Of a DNA stretch of 64,000 bases, positions 63,123-64,000 are shown piece by piece. The first letter of the stretch is position 1, and each line of letters opens with the position of its first letter. The stretch is taken from NCBI GenBank assembly GCA_951406725.2, contig OX597814.1, positions 92,876,001 through 92,940,000 on the forward strand, read 5' to 3'. The position numbers and the translations under genes are program-made. This DNA is from Octopus vulgaris (Eukaryota). The notes under the pieces were generated by a model that worked only from the letters and a program-made list of their open reading frames with translations, ran no database searches and was not told the origin of the DNA.

Positions 63123-64000
63123 TCTGGTCTAAAACCAGAGATCACTTATCAACAAAAAAATCCAGTTTTTCTGCGAAGTCGGAACACGATTTAACTCTAC
63201 GCATTCATCTTACGACGATTTGTTTCCGGCCACCACAAACAGTTGTAGAAGGAGCCCCTTTTCTTATTCTACAGCCATGATGACGAACGCCATCAATTCA
63301 TCGATGCTTTTTCTCTGCCTTCGTCATCACCATCGTCGTCTGTCTACTTCACGGCGTCGCTATCTTCGTCGCCATCATCACTAAGAACGATGTTGTCCCA
63401 AGTCCACTACAGTCGCCTTCCACCACCAATGTCGCCTTTCAACACCGTCGACCTCCACCAAGATGTACATAGCAACTCGTGGAAGTTTGGTCCACTTGCC
63501 GTTTGTGCATTAGCACACCAAGAATTCACAGCCCAGCACTATCTACGAGATTTCTTCTGTTCCAGTTAACCTGTCACAGCATTGAAGCCACAACCGCTAC
63601 ACGATATGTGTTCAACCGGCATCTGCATTTTGTGATTTCAACATTTCTGTTACAGAACGAACTGCTATTGTACATCAGGCTATTATAGACTGGTAAACTA
63701 ATTCCATTGTCTGGAATAGCCCGAGAGACATTTTTTCTAAGCGCTGTATTTTTTGTATTTTGCTCGCATTCACCTTGTATGTATTTCTGTCGCACACACG
63801 TACACACACATAAATGCTCTCTCTCTCACATACATACGTCACACATGCTTTTCTCGCTTGTTTGTTCCATGCTAAATTTGCCTTTTGTGGACACCCCTCA
63901 TTTCTATAGACCCTAGGTCGGTCACGTATACATAGAGAGGGTTGTTTGTCCATTATAACGCGCCAGCATGTCATACCTTTGTTCCTGTACGAACGAGGCA

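Overview
AT-rich, repeat-dense eukaryotic genomic DNA; the SINE families and microsatellite load look like a coleoid cephalopod (Octopus), which is an inference. Two spliced protein-coding genes lie on the minus strand. (1) A TXNDC16/ERp90-like ER thioredoxin-fold gene has 8 phase-consistent coding exons between 18518 and 680 and runs off the left edge. (2) Anillin has 15 phase-consistent exons from 62302 to the stop codon at 38048, covering the disordered N-terminal region, RBD, C2/anillin-homology and PH domains; its start lies beyond the right edge or is otherwise unseen. Introns and the intergenic interval hold tRNA-derived SINEs, piggyBac/hAT/mariner-type MITEs, RTE and RLE LINE fragments, two fused Gypsy-type pol fragments, a Helitron PIF1 fragment and an LTR with a perfect tRNA-Trp PBS. 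The most notable non-coding signal is in a TXNDC16 intron (10482-12033): a 360-bp tandem array that flips into a 563-bp fold-back, embedded in (TA)n. Each monomer carries a type I hammerhead ribozyme with palindromic stem III, and the monomer can base-pair across its own cleavage junction. This is the architecture of a non-LTR retrozyme/Penelope-type circular-RNA-producing element. Three further, sequence-unrelated hammerhead-like families (about 1464-1557, 8330-8392, and 14998-15295 in two copies) and several (TA)n-flanked fold-backs occur in neighbouring introns of the same gene.
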